Positions 9,341-19,249 of a stretch of 64,000 nt of DNA are shown here, one piece after another (the first letter of the stretch is position 1; each line of letters opens with the position of its first letter). A program made the position numbers and the translations under genes. Under the pieces are notes generated by a model, which did no database searches, was not told the DNA's origin, and was given only the letters and a program-made list of their open reading frames with translations. Source of the DNA: Spirochaetia bacterium (GTDB taxonomy: Bacteria > Spirochaetota > Spirochaetia > UBA9216); NCBI GenBank assembly GCA_963675665.1, contig OY776510.1, positions 4,608,001 through 4,672,000 on the forward strand, written 5' to 3'.

Positions 9341-9422
9341 AAACAAAGCAGCATCCGTGCTGCTTTGTTTTTCTGAAGTTTGCTCTGCAAACTTCACCTA
9401 CACGGCTTGCCGTCCATGGCAA
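9339..9422 (+). repeat. Three-hairpin module between purD and purE
   Basis: 15-bp perfect stem with TCCG loop (9339-9372); 10-bp perfect stem with TCT loop (9374-9396); TTGCCG-TCCA-TGGCAA (9407-9422). Confidence 0.85.
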
Positions 9423-9434
9423 TGGAGAAAAACC

Positions 9435-9833
9435 ATGAAGGATATTTTATTTATTATAGGTTCGGAATCCGACAAAGCACAGGTTGAACCGGGAATTGCA
9501 CTTGCCGCCGAAAAAAGTCTCAGTTGCGACCTCGCAGTCTATTCGGCACATCGGAACCTTCCTGAACTGACGGATTTTCTTAAAAAAGAGGAAGACAACT
9601 ACAGGGTGATTATAACCGCAGCAGGTCTTTCAGCCGCCCTGCCCGGAGTTGTTGCGGCCATGGTTAAAAAACCGGTGCTCGGCATTCCGCTGGTTTCCGG
9701 CCACCTTGCCGGAATGGATGCCCTGCTTTCGATTCTCCAGCTTCCCAAAGGCATTCCGTGCGCAACAATGGGGATAGGCAAGCAGGGTGTTCTGAACGCC
9801 ATACACCTGGCGGAGCGCATCATCAACTGTTAG
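9435..9833 (+). CDS. purE: PurE (N5-CAIR mutase / AIR carboxylase family), short 132-aa form
   Basis: GSESD, SAHR, PVLGIP, DALLSILQLPKGIP; start moved to ATG 9435 (GGAG RBS); the ORF-track extension overlaps purD and the hairpins. Confidence 0.88.
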   Translation: MKDILFIIGSESDKAQVEPGIALAAEKSLSCDLAVYSAHRNLPELTDFLKKEEDNYRVIITAAGLSAALPGVVAAMVKKPVLGIPLVSGHLAGMDALLSILQLPKGIPCATMGIGKQGVLNAIHLAERIINC

Positions 9834-9891
9834 TCCCGCGAAGATAAAATACCATATCGGCTTGATAAACAGAACAAGAGGCAGCAGGCGG

Positions 9892-10674
9892 TTACGAAAC
9901 GGCTTGCTGTCTTTTTATTTCGTACAGAATTATTCCGGCGGCTACCGAGACATTGAGGGAATCTATATGGCCTTCGGAAGGAATACTAATCCCGGCATCA
10001 CATTTTTCGGAGACAAGTCTTGAGACGCCCTTCCCTTCGCTGCCCATTACTATCGCAGTTTTCCCGGTCAGTACCGACTTGTACAGGGGCGTCCCGGCCA
10101 TATCGGCGCTGTAAACCCAGAAACCGCTTTTCTTCAGATAATCCAAAGCCCGGGCAAGATTGTTAACCACAGCAGTATTGATAAAATTCACAGCTCCTGA
10201 AGATGTTCTTGCAACGGTATCGCTTTCCGAAGCTGAACGTCTTGTCCTGCTGACTACAAGATCAACTCCGAACTGGTCGGCGCTTCTTAGTATCGCCCCG
10301 TAATTATGGGGATCGGTAACTCCGTCAAGAATTACAACAATTGCATTTGCCGACTTTATCGAGTCTACCTTATCCTCAAAACTGATGCTCTCTTTACCCC
10401 CGGCGGAAAAACTTCTTTTCCCGGACTGCTGTCCGTCTTCGCTTCCGGAGGCTTTGCTTCCGAACAGCTGAAGAACAACACCGCGGGTATTTTCTCCGAA
10501 CCGTTTGGTCATTTCCGCCGGAGGGATGTTTACAACCTCTACTCCGGCTTTTTCAGCTGCAGTTTTTATTCTGTCGATCCGTGAACTTTTTCTCGACAGA
10601 TACAAACGTCCGGCATTTTTTCCGCTGCGCAGGGCTTCTTCAATTCCGTGCAGCCCGCTGATTATCTTTTCCAA
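9892..10674 (-). CDS. rlmB: 23S rRNA Gm2251 methyltransferase RlmB / TrmH family
   Basis: LDGVTDPHNYGAILRSA, GSEGKG, IDSLNVSVAAGI SPOUT motifs. Confidence 0.9.
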   Translation of the reverse strand: MEKIISGLHGIEEALRSGKNAGRLYLSRKSSRIDRIKTAAEKAGVEVVNIPPAEMTKRFGENTRGVVLQLFGSKASGSEDGQQSGKRSFSAGGKESISFEDKVDSIKSANAIVVILDGVTDPHNYGAILRSADQFGVDLVVSRTRRSASESDTVARTSSGAVNFINTAVVNNLARALDYLKKSGFWVYSADMAGTPLYKSVLTGKTAIVMGSEGKGVSRLVSEKCDAGISIPSEGHIDSLNVSVAAGIILYEIKRQQAVS

Positions 10675-10676
10675 TT

Positions 10677-11096
10677 CTATTCCCCGGTATAATCTTCAGT
10701 TATATCAATTTTACCGTCAAAATCGGTATCTTTTTCATATTTTTCAATATAGATACCGTCCAGGTAAACCCAGATATCGATTTTCTCATCATAATTCGTA
10801 TCGATTTCCCGCCGTTTCATCTTTCCCCGGGCATACATATAGAAATCGTCCATTTTCCCGTCATAATTAAAATCAAGGATCTCTTCTTTTTTATCCCCGT
10901 TCTCATCGTACCGGATAATATAATCCGCAACCCCGTCATAATTTCTGTCGATACTTACTTCGCTGATAGTCTGCCCGGAAATCTCCAGCCAGCGGTCAGG
11001 TTTTCCGTCTCCGTTGGTATCATCTCCGTTTTCCTGTGCTGTCGCCGGCATTATCGCAAGGACAAACATTGCCGTAATGAGTATAAATCTATGCAT
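10677..11096 (-). CDS. Small secreted protein with five Dx[DN]xD[GE] repeats (putative Ca-binding)
   Basis: Signal peptide; DTNGDGKPD, DRNYDGVAD, DFNYDGKMD, DTNYDEKID, DTDFDGKID at ~22-23 aa spacing. Confidence 0.75.
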   Translation of the reverse strand: MHRFILITAMFVLAIMPATAQENGDDTNGDGKPDRWLEISGQTISEVSIDRNYDGVADYIIRYDENGDKKEEILDFNYDGKMDDFYMYARGKMKRREIDTNYDEKIDIWVYLDGIYIEKYEKDTDFDGKIDITEDYTGE

Positions 11097-11175
11097 TTAC
11101 CATCCTTTACTGAGCTTTGTAATATTATCGGTATTTATCGGACGGACGTGAGTGTACCGTCACTGTCTGATCATT

Positions 11176-12300
11176 TTACAGATCAGACAGTGCTATGGGT
11201 TCCGGAGAATCTTCTTCTCCCTGTATGGACGCAAACTGCTTAAGAAGTTCTTTTGCCTTTGCATTCATCCGCTGGGGAGTTTCAACTATTAATTTTATAT
11301 ACATATCACCCTTTCGGCTGCTCTGCAGGTACGGTATGCCTTCATTTTTCAGCCTCAGCATTTTTCCCGTCTGTGCTCCCGGCGGTATTTTCAGTTTAAT
11401 CTTCTTGTCTTCAAGGTTTTTAACCTGAACTTCAGCACCGAGAGCAGCCTGAGTAAAAGATATCGGCAGCGCACAGTAAACATTATTACCGTCGCGCTCA
11501 AAATACTTATGGGGTTTAATTTTAATATATACGTAAAGATCGCCGCTGCGCCCTCCGTTATGTCCGGAATCACCCTGGCCGGGAATAGCAATTCTTTTTC
11601 CGTTTTCAATACCTGCGGGTATTTTAACTTTTATTTTCTGCTGCTTTCGTGTTAATCCGCTTCCGTGGCATGCCTTGCACGGGTCTTCAATTATATGGCC
11701 TTCACCGCCGCAGGTATGACATGGAGAGGCAATGGAGAAGAAGCCGGAATTCCTGCGTACCTGGCCAGTACCCTGACAGGTCGGGCAGGTTTTTCTGCCT
11801 GTTCCGGATGATGCACCGGTACCATTGCATGTTTTACAGGTGACGTCATGCGTATAACTGATTTCTGTTGATGTTCCGAACACAGCATCCTTAAACGATA
11901 TTTCAAGATTATAGCGAAGGTCAGAACCCCGGGGAACACCGCCGGTTGAACGTCTGCGCCCGCCGCCGCCTCCGCCGAAGAAAGAATCAAATATTCCCCC
12001 CATATCGCCGAAAATATCTTCAAAATCGTGAAAAACCGAAGAATAATCGTGCCCGCCGCCGGGGCTGTTTATTCCGTCTACTCCGGCGAAACCGAACTGG
12101 TCGTATGCCTTTCTTTTCTTCTCGTCGCTGAGTACTTCGTAGGCTTCCGTGGCTTCCTTGAATTTCTCTTCAGCTTCAGCATTTCCCGCATTCTTGTCAG
12201 GGTGGTATTGTATAGCCAGTTTCCTGTATGCTTTTTTGATGTCATCCTTGCCCGCGGTTTTTTCAACCCCAAGCACTTCATAATAATCTCGTTTAGCCAA
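11176..12300 (-). CDS. dnaJ: Chaperone DnaJ
   Basis: J domain with HPD, G/F region, four CxxCxGxG repeats. Confidence 0.98.
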   Translation of the reverse strand: MAKRDYYEVLGVEKTAGKDDIKKAYRKLAIQYHPDKNAGNAEAEEKFKEATEAYEVLSDEKKRKAYDQFGFAGVDGINSPGGGHDYSSVFHDFEDIFGDMGGIFDSFFGGGGGGRRRSTGGVPRGSDLRYNLEISFKDAVFGTSTEISYTHDVTCKTCNGTGASSGTGRKTCPTCQGTGQVRRNSGFFSIASPCHTCGGEGHIIEDPCKACHGSGLTRKQQKIKVKIPAGIENGKRIAIPGQGDSGHNGGRSGDLYVYIKIKPHKYFERDGNNVYCALPISFTQAALGAEVQVKNLEDKKIKLKIPPGAQTGKMLRLKNEGIPYLQSSRKGDMYIKLIVETPQRMNAKAKELLKQFASIQGEEDSPEPIALSDL

Positions 12301-12416
12301 CTTTCACACCTTACAGCTTTATTTCACATCAGTTTATCATAAAAGGCACAAAGCCTGCTACCAAAGCCGCGCCCTGTGCCTTTTTATTAATTTTTCAGTC
12401 TGCTGTTATAACACAG

Positions 12417-14366
12417 TTATTTTTTATCATCCTCATCGTCAACAACCTCAAAATCAACATCATCAACACTTCCGCTTGTCGGAGAATCCTGGCCCTCGCT
12501 GCCGCGGGCTCCGCCTGCGTCGCCGCCTTCAGCTCCGGCGGCACCTGCCTGCTGGGCCTGAGCGCCTGCTTCCTTGTAGATTTCTTCGGCCAGTTTATGA
12601 GAAGCTTCTTTCACAACCTCAATCTTGGCTTTCATCTGATTAATATCATTTGAAGATATTACCGATTTCAGTTCTTCAACCGCCGCATTGATTTTGCTTT
12701 TCTCATCATCCGACACTTTGTCGCCGTAATCTTTTAATGATTTCTCGGTTGCGTAAACCAGTGTTTCAGCTTCGTTTTTAACCTCGGCTTTTTCACGTTC
12801 TTTCTTGTCCGCCTCGGCATTAATCTCGGCCTCTTTAACCATCTTGTCTATTTCTGCTTCCGACAGGCCTGAAGATGATTCAATTCTTATCTTCTGTTCC
12901 TTGCCGGTTCCAAGGTCTTTCGCCGAAACATGGACTATACCGTTGGCATCAATATCAAATGCCACCTCAATCTGGGGAACGCCGCGTGGTGCAGGCGGGA
13001 TTCCCACAAGGTCGAAGTTTCCAAGCGTTCTGTTCTGGGCTGCCATCTCACGCTCTCCCTGAAGAACATGTATGGAAACCGCCGTCTGATTATCAGCTGC
13101 TGTCGAGAAAACCTGGCTCTTTCTGGTAGGAATTGTGGTATTGCGTTCAATCAGCTTTGTCGAAACACCGCCGAGCGTCTCAATTCCGAGAGACAGCGGA
13201 GTTACATCAAGCAGCAGAACATCCTTTACGTCTCCGCCGAGAATACCGCCCTGAATAGCCGCGCCCATTGCAACAACCTCGTCGGGATTGACTCCGCGAT
13301 TCGGTTCCTTGTTAAATATGCTCTTTACAATTTCCTGTACTGCCGGAATTCTTGTTGAACCGCCGACGAGAATAACTTCGTCAATTTCAGAAGCTGCAAT
13401 ACCGGCGTCCTTTATTGCATTCAGACAGGGCTGTTTTGTTCGCTGAACAAGATCCGCTGTCATCTGGTCGAACTGGGCCCTCGAAAGGTTATACTGAAGA
13501 TGTTTGGGCCCGGAAGCATCGGCAGTGATAAAAGGCAGATTGATATCAGTCGACTGACGTGAAGACAGCTCAATCTTGGCCTTTTCCGCTGATTCTTTGA
13601 GTCTCTGCAGGGCCATCTTGTCCTTGGACAGGTCGATAGACTGATCTTTCCTGAAACTGTCAACAAGCCAGTTAATAATTGCCTGATCAAAATTGTCTCC
13701 GCCGAGATGAGTATCGCCGTTAGTGGATTTTACTTCAAAAACCCCGTCGCCCAGCTCCAGAATGGATATGTCAAAGGTTCCGCCGCCAAGGTCATATACG
13801 GCAATTTTCTCTTCCTTGCTTTCGCGGCCGTTACCGTATGCAAGTGAAGCGGCAGTCGGTTCGTTAACAATCCGCTTTACATCAAGTCCCGCAATTCTTC
13901 CGGCATCTTTTGTTGCCTGTCTCTGGGCATCGTTAAAATATGCAGGAACAGTGATTACAGCCTCGGAAACTTCTTCTCCAAGATAGTCTTCAGCTGTTTT
14001 TTTCATCTTCTGCAGAACCGCCGCCGAAATTTCCGGAGGAGAGAAATGTTTTCCTCTCACATCTACTCTGAGATCTCCGCCGCTTCCTTCGACAACATTA
14101 TAAGGCACCATTTTTACTTCTTCAGGCACTTCTGCGTATTTATGTCCCATAAATCTCTTAATTGAGAAAATAGTATTTTCAGGGTTAGTAACCATCTGGT
14201 TTTTAGCAGGCTGACCTACAAGTCTTTCATCCTTGTCGGTAAAAGCTACTATTGAGGGGGTTGTTCTCTGCCCCTCCGAGTTTTGAATTACTACAGGTTC
14301 TCCGCCTTCCATTACAGCAACACATGAATTGGTTGTCCCGAGGTCAATACCGATAATTCTTCCCAT
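12417..14366 (-). CDS. dnaK: Chaperone DnaK
   Basis: [39 protein letters not shown]. Confidence 0.99.
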   Translation of the reverse strand: MGRIIGIDLGTTNSCVAVMEGGEPVVIQNSEGQRTTPSIVAFTDKDERLVGQPAKNQMVTNPENTIFSIKRFMGHKYAEVPEEVKMVPYNVVEGSGGDLRVDVRGKHFSPPEISAAVLQKMKKTAEDYLGEEVSEAVITVPAYFNDAQRQATKDAGRIAGLDVKRIVNEPTAASLAYGNGRESKEEKIAVYDLGGGTFDISILELGDGVFEVKSTNGDTHLGGDNFDQAIINWLVDSFRKDQSIDLSKDKMALQRLKESAEKAKIELSSRQSTDINLPFITADASGPKHLQYNLSRAQFDQMTADLVQRTKQPCLNAIKDAGIAASEIDEVILVGGSTRIPAVQEIVKSIFNKEPNRGVNPDEVVAMGAAIQGGILGGDVKDVLLLDVTPLSLGIETLGGVSTKLIERNTTIPTRKSQVFSTAADNQTAVSIHVLQGEREMAAQNRTLGNFDLVGIPPAPRGVPQIEVAFDIDANGIVHVSAKDLGTGKEQKIRIESSSGLSEAEIDKMVKEAEINAEADKKEREKAEVKNEAETLVYATEKSLKDYGDKVSDDEKSKINAAVEELKSVISSNDINQMKAKIEVVKEASHKLAEEIYKEAGAQAQQAGAAGAEGGDAGGARGSEGQDSPTSGSVDDVDFEVVDDEDDKK

Positions 14367-14393
14367 ATTATTTCTCCTTTCTAGGTTCTCTTC

Positions 14394-15035
14394 TTATTCG
14401 TTTATCTGCGCAGGCGGTTTACTTACCTTAACCTTGGCATGTCGTATTACTCTGTCATGAAGCGTATATCCCTTCATGAAATCTTCCAAAACCGTTTGAG
14501 CGTCGTATTCATCCGACTCTTCCATCATCAGCGCTTCATGCTTTTCCGGATCAAACGGCTGTCCTGCACTGTCAAAGCGCTTCAATCCCCAGTTGGATTC
14601 AAGCATCGTAATCATCTGCTTTTCAATCAGTTCTATTCCGGAATGAAAAGCCTGAAAATCTTTCGAATCTTCAGACGACTGAAGGGCCCGTTCAAAATCA
14701 TCAATAACGGATATTATATCCGTCAGAAGCGAAGAATTGGCGAATTTTATTGAATCTTCCTTTTCCCGAAGCATTCGCTTACGAAAATTCTCAAAATCAG
14801 CCTGTTTTCTGAGATACTGATCTTTCAGTTCTTCAATTTCCGCTTTAGCTTCAACAAGAGACTTTGCATAACCTTCAATCTCTTTCTTGAGCTTTTTGAT
14901 TTCCTTTTCGTCCCTGGTTTCTTTTGCAGGTTTTGATCCTTTCGATTTCTTCGAATCAGTCTTCTCTGCCGCTTTTTCTTCGGAAGCTGTTGTCTCGTTC
15001 TTCTCATCTTCCTTTGTATCTGTTTCTTCTGCCAT
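14394..15035 (-). CDS. grpE: Nucleotide exchange factor GrpE
   Basis: ADFENFRKR, FDPEKHEA, KGYTLHDRVIRHAKVKVS; ATG 15035 preferred (GAGG RBS). Confidence 0.96.
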   Translation of the reverse strand: MAEETDTKEDEKNETTASEEKAAEKTDSKKSKGSKPAKETRDEKEIKKLKKEIEGYAKSLVEAKAEIEELKDQYLRKQADFENFRKRMLREKEDSIKFANSSLLTDIISVIDDFERALQSSEDSKDFQAFHSGIELIEKQMITMLESNWGLKRFDSAGQPFDPEKHEALMMEESDEYDAQTVLEDFMKGYTLHDRVIRHAKVKVSKPPAQINE

Positions 15036-15122
15036 AACTTCCTCTAAGTACAATTTGAGCGAGATAGATAATGAATATCAAATCCTTGTGTATAAAATAA
15101 TAATGCAGGGGATAAGCGTCAA

Positions 15123-18100
15123 CTACTTTTTAGGTTGAAGTTCAAGTATAAGTTCCACTTCTCCCCTTGCAAGCTGTGTAGATTTGGCAATTTCCTCAAC
15201 CTTCCATCCCTGCCTGGCCAGCTTTATAACAACATCGCGCAATTCATGCGGCGGAGCCCCTGTGCCCCTGGTTTTGGTTGAAGATCCCTTTACCAGCGTT
15301 CCAAGCAGTTTCACCTGCTCCTGCGCCTGCTTGTTTACCTCTTCAAGCCGGGTCTCGGTACCGGCAAGCCATTCCCGTGCCTTCTGCATTCGCTCAATTC
15401 TTTCTTCAAGGTCGACCAGCGTAGAATCTATGGTTTCAATATGACCTATTACCGTATCTATCTGCTTCTTGTTCTTGGAAAGAAAATCTATCCGCCGCGT
15501 AAGCTCGTCAAGCCTCGAATTCAGAGGCATACTCTTCTCGGATATCACGCTTATCATATGATCAAGTTCGTTAAGCTGTTCGAAACCGCGGTCAACTCCG
15601 CTGATTGTTGAGTCGACCACCGCTTCCTTCTTCTGCAGACGCTCATAACGGCCCTCCACTTCCTTCTGCAGACCATCAAGCTCTCTGAGTTTCATCTGCA
15701 CTATCTGAAGGCTGTCATCAGCAGCTGTGACCTGATTAAGCCGGGCATCAATCGACTGCGATATACTCATAAGTCGATGAAAGTCGGAATCCAGTTCCTC
15801 AATTTTCCTGCGATCCGCGCTGAAGGCCGCCATTTTTGAGGAAACATCCTCCGCAAGTTTTTTAACTGTGAGAAATTTCTTCTCGGCTTCATGTATTTCG
15901 GCCGCCTGGGCAGTGACCCTGCTGATTTCCATCTGAAGGGCGTTTACACCCGTTTCCAGGGCCTCTTTCATTGAGTCAGCCCGTTCAAAAATCCTGGTCT
16001 GGGCGATAAAACTCTTCTGTTTGCCGTCTATTTCATTGAGCGTAAAGGAAAGCTCCCGGCTTTGTTCCTCGATTTTCTCATACATACGCTTGGCGGCAAG
16101 ATTGAAACCGTCGTTAATCTCGGCTGCCTTGTCATCGAAACCGCGCAGATGCTGATCCAGCTCGTTCTGAATATCACGGCTCCTGCGCTGAATGTCGCTG
16201 ACCAGGTTGTCGAAATCGTTGCGATGAGAGGCCATGGCTTCCCGTATTTCAGCCATACGCTCGGCGGCCTCGGCTTTCATCAGGGAGTACTGCTCCGACA
16301 TTGTATTTTCATTCTCGGACAGCTGCTGATTAACCCTCGCCTGCCAGAGTTCAATTTCTCCGGTCTGCGCTTCAATTTTCTGCTTAATCTTTTCACGATC
16401 TGCAATTACGTTTTCTTCAGCCTCACGCAAACCGGTTTCTGCCTCACGCATAAAACGGTTTATGTCGGCTTTAACAGTCGTACGTGTTTTTTCAATTTCG
16501 TTAAGCAGGAATGTTTCAAGCGATTCATTAGCCTCTGCAACTTCGGTATCAAGCTGTTCCTTCATACCGTCAATAACACCATCGATACTATTAAGCTTTC
16601 TCTTTATAACGCCTTCATAACTCTCGACATGCTGTTCATATTTACTGAATTCTCCGGATGTTTTATCCAGAAGACCGGAGATCTTCCTGTTCAGACCTTC
16701 ATTATAGGTGTTTTCCAGCTCTTCCCGGCCTGCAATTGAATCATTGGAAATCTGTTCAAGCCTGAAATCAATCGACTGCTGCCATTCAAGGAGCTGCTTT
16801 TCCATCAGTCCGCTCTTTTCTTTCAGGTCGTCAAAGAATTCATCCTCGAAATCCTTCAGCTTGACGGACACATTTTCATATGCACTGGCTTTGAGAGCAT
16901 CAAGGTCTTCTTCCAGCCCGGTCATGACATCCCGTGTCGCGGAGATATCGCCGTTAAGAGCGTCGCTGCTTTGTTTCCAGCGTACGTTCATATCATCCCT
17001 GATTTCTTCAAAGCCGGAATTAACTTCTACCACAGCTTTGTCTACCATCTGCTTCAGATTATTTTCAAGCAGATCAATATCGGATGTGATCTCCTCAATT
17101 CTTGTCAGTTTATAGGCAAGGTTCTCTTCAAATTCCGATAGCCTGGATTCCTTTTCATTAACGTTTGCAATCATTTTCTCAACGCGACTGAATACGTCAC
17201 CCTTTGTCCGCTCAACAAGCTTTCTGCTTTCTTCTTCTATTTCAGAAAGCATCTGTTCCGTTTTAGGTTTAAGAGCATCTACCCTGCTTTTTATATCGGC
17301 CTGGCCGTCTTCAAGTTCTTTCTGCAGTTTTGCACGCCATACGGTAATTTCAGACTGGCTTTCACCGAACGAGTTGTCAATTTCAGATCTGTATGAAAGA
17401 GAACCTTTCTTTAAATCTTCAAAAACATTATTGATTTGTTTTCTGGTGTCGCGGGAACGCTCTTCAATATAGGTCTTCAGCGCCGCAAAAACATCATCCT
17501 CAAGAAGTTTTGCCTTTTCGGCTGATTCTTTCAGATTCTGCTGGTAGGTTTCTTCCAAATTGTTGATATTATCCTTGAAAGAAACCAGTTTATTGCCCAG
17601 CAGCTCTCCGATTTCTTCCACATGGGTCCTGAATCGGCTTTCAGAACTGTCAAGACGCTTCTGAAGTTCATTACGTTTGTCTTCCGAAGCAGCAAGCATT
17701 GCATCAAGACTTACGTTGAAATCTTCATTAAGGGCCCGGAGCTTTCCGTCGGCATTATCAATTGATTCTTCAACCTTGTTTGAGATGTCCCGGAGAAATG
17801 TTTCGGCGGCTTTATCGCGTCTGGACTCAAGCGAATCAAGATGAGCCGTAAATTCCTCGACCCTGTCGCTGCCCATGGCAATTCCGTCAAGAACAACCGC
17901 AGCCTGGCGTTCAACTTCGGAAAACAGCTCAATACGTAGTTTCTCAAATTCTTTTTCATTCTTTACGGCAAATTCTTCATTTATCTGGGGGATTACTTTT
18001 TCAATCTGAACTATACGCGTCTGGGCATCCTTCAGACGCTTGCCTACCTTGTCTACAAACTCAGATTCCTGATGCAGTCGTTTAAGGTTCTCGTCAACCT

Positions 18101-18440
18101 TCCCGGTCATACCGACCAGTTCATTTATGGCTTTATCGTATTCTGTAATACGCAAATTGATTGCGTCTATCTCGGCGGCCTTGTTGCTGAAACCTTCCTC
18201 AATGGCTGATATCCTTTTCAGAACTTCCTTGCCGGTTTTCTGATGAACATCAATCTCTATTGCAAGGTTTTTCATTTCCTGCGTCTTCTGATCTACAAAT
18301 ACTTCGATATTGCCGGTAACTTTATCAGAATACCTTCGCACTTTGTCGAGCGAACGGTTATTCCGATCCAGCTGCCTGTAAAGCGCGAGAATAATTAATA
18401 CTATTAATATGGTTATTATATTTCCGATTGAGAATAACAT
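15123..18440 (-). CDS. Large spirochaete coiled-coil protein (SpiroCoCo-like): N-terminal TM, long coiled coil, C-terminal HTH-like motif
   Basis: N-terminal hydrophobic helix then YRQLDRNNRSLDKVRRY; ~1000 aa heptad-rich; C-term GWKVEEIAKSTQLARGEVELILEL. Confidence 0.75.
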   Translation of the reverse strand: MLFSIGNIITILIVLIILALYRQLDRNNRSLDKVRRYSDKVTGNIEVFVDQKTQEMKNLAIEIDVHQKTGKEVLKRISAIEEGFSNKAAEIDAINLRITEYDKAINELVGMTGKVDENLKRLHQESEFVDKVGKRLKDAQTRIVQIEKVIPQINEEFAVKNEKEFEKLRIELFSEVERQAAVVLDGIAMGSDRVEEFTAHLDSLESRRDKAAETFLRDISNKVEESIDNADGKLRALNEDFNVSLDAMLAASEDKRNELQKRLDSSESRFRTHVEEIGELLGNKLVSFKDNINNLEETYQQNLKESAEKAKLLEDDVFAALKTYIEERSRDTRKQINNVFEDLKKGSLSYRSEIDNSFGESQSEITVWRAKLQKELEDGQADIKSRVDALKPKTEQMLSEIEEESRKLVERTKGDVFSRVEKMIANVNEKESRLSEFEENLAYKLTRIEEITSDIDLLENNLKQMVDKAVVEVNSGFEEIRDDMNVRWKQSSDALNGDISATRDVMTGLEEDLDALKASAYENVSVKLKDFEDEFFDDLKEKSGLMEKQLLEWQQSIDFRLEQISNDSIAGREELENTYNEGLNRKISGLLDKTSGEFSKYEQHVESYEGVIKRKLNSIDGVIDGMKEQLDTEVAEANESLETFLLNEIEKTRTTVKADINRFMREAETGLREAEENVIADREKIKQKIEAQTGEIELWQARVNQQLSENENTMSEQYSLMKAEAAERMAEIREAMASHRNDFDNLVSDIQRRSRDIQNELDQHLRGFDDKAAEINDGFNLAAKRMYEKIEEQSRELSFTLNEIDGKQKSFIAQTRIFERADSMKEALETGVNALQMEISRVTAQAAEIHEAEKKFLTVKKLAEDVSSKMAAFSADRRKIEELDSDFHRLMSISQSIDARLNQVTAADDSLQIVQMKLRELDGLQKEVEGRYERLQKKEAVVDSTISGVDRGFEQLNELDHMISVISEKSMPLNSRLDELTRRIDFLSKNKKQIDTVIGHIETIDSTLVDLEERIERMQKAREWLAGTETRLEEVNKQAQEQVKLLGTLVKGSSTKTRGTGAPPHELRDVVIKLARQGWKVEEIAKSTQLARGEVELILELQPKK

Positions 18441-18582
18441 AGCCCCCCCAGTTTATTGCTATATATCTCGAAAAGAATCCTGCAAGCGAACAGAGATCCC
18501 CTATATTACATATTCTAACAGTTTATCAGACTTGTCAATATTTTTCCAGTAATCCGTGCATCGGTCGTGAACAGGCCGGTTG

Positions 18583-19239
18583 TTACGGCTGCAGGGTCCT
18601 GATATATTTGAATAAATCCCTGTAACGGCTGAAGGTAAAATCGGCAACACTGTCTTTTATTTCGCGAACGGAAAGATGGGCCGTAGTCATGCCGACGGCA
18701 GCAGCCCCCAGAACGTCCTTGCTGTAGGAATTGCCTACATAAAGGATTTCTTCCGGCTTAAGCTTCAACCGTCTTGCCAGTTCGAGAAACGGCTCAGGAT
18801 GAGGCTTCAGATAGCCCGTGCTTTCCGATGTAAATGAACAGTCCCAGTCTTCCAGACCTAGAAATTTCAGCTTGTTCTGAACCGGAAAATCAGACAGCAC
18901 ACCCAGCTTGTAACCTTTTTCCCGAAGTTCGAGAAGCCCTTCCTTCAGCCCGGACAACGGCTTTATTATCCGGAACCGGTTTTCCCAGTCTTCATACAAT
19001 TTTGTCTCAATAACAAGACGGGCTTTTACTTCATCGATTCCCATCGATTTGGAAACCAGGCGCGCCTGCATCTTTCGGTAGTTGGTTATGGGGCGGATAT
19101 CCCTGATTAATGACCTTGCCCTGCTGTAATGCCAGACCAGACGCGGGTGCTTAATAAAAGATGGAATAGTGCAGAGATACATAAAAGCATTGTTGTACAG
19201 AGTTCCGTCGATGTCGAACCCGATCCCTTTGATTACCAT
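18583..19239 (-). CDS. HAD-superfamily hydrolase
   Basis: FDIDGTLY motif I, KPHPEPF, YVGNSYSKDV. Confidence 0.88.
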   Translation of the reverse strand: MVIKGIGFDIDGTLYNNAFMYLCTIPSFIKHPRLVWHYSRARSLIRDIRPITNYRKMQARLVSKSMGIDEVKARLVIETKLYEDWENRFRIIKPLSGLKEGLLELREKGYKLGVLSDFPVQNKLKFLGLEDWDCSFTSESTGYLKPHPEPFLELARRLKLKPEEILYVGNSYSKDVLGAAAVGMTTAHLSVREIKDSVADFTFSRYRDLFKYIRTLQP

Positions 19240-19249
19240 GCGGCATATA

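Noticed and set aside
9249-9434. 62-aa N-terminal extension of PurE in the ORF track
   Set aside because: Overlaps purD and the hairpin module; ATG 9435 has an RBS and matches the family start
12341-12384. 10-bp stem between dnaK and dnaJ
   Set aside because: Ordinary intra-operon stabiliser or terminator; lacks the conserved loops of the hairpin family
15036-15122. CIRCE element / hrcA before grpE-dnaK-dnaJ
   Set aside because: No TTAGCACTC-N9-GAGTGCTAA and no hrcA ORF
18512-18538. Promoter-like pairs with 15-bp spacers (here TTGACA-N15-TAGAAT; also at 2959, 4987, 31542)
   Set aside because: Suboptimal spacing and plausible by chance in AT-rich DNA; several clean 17-bp promoters exist in the window, so no special class is claimed
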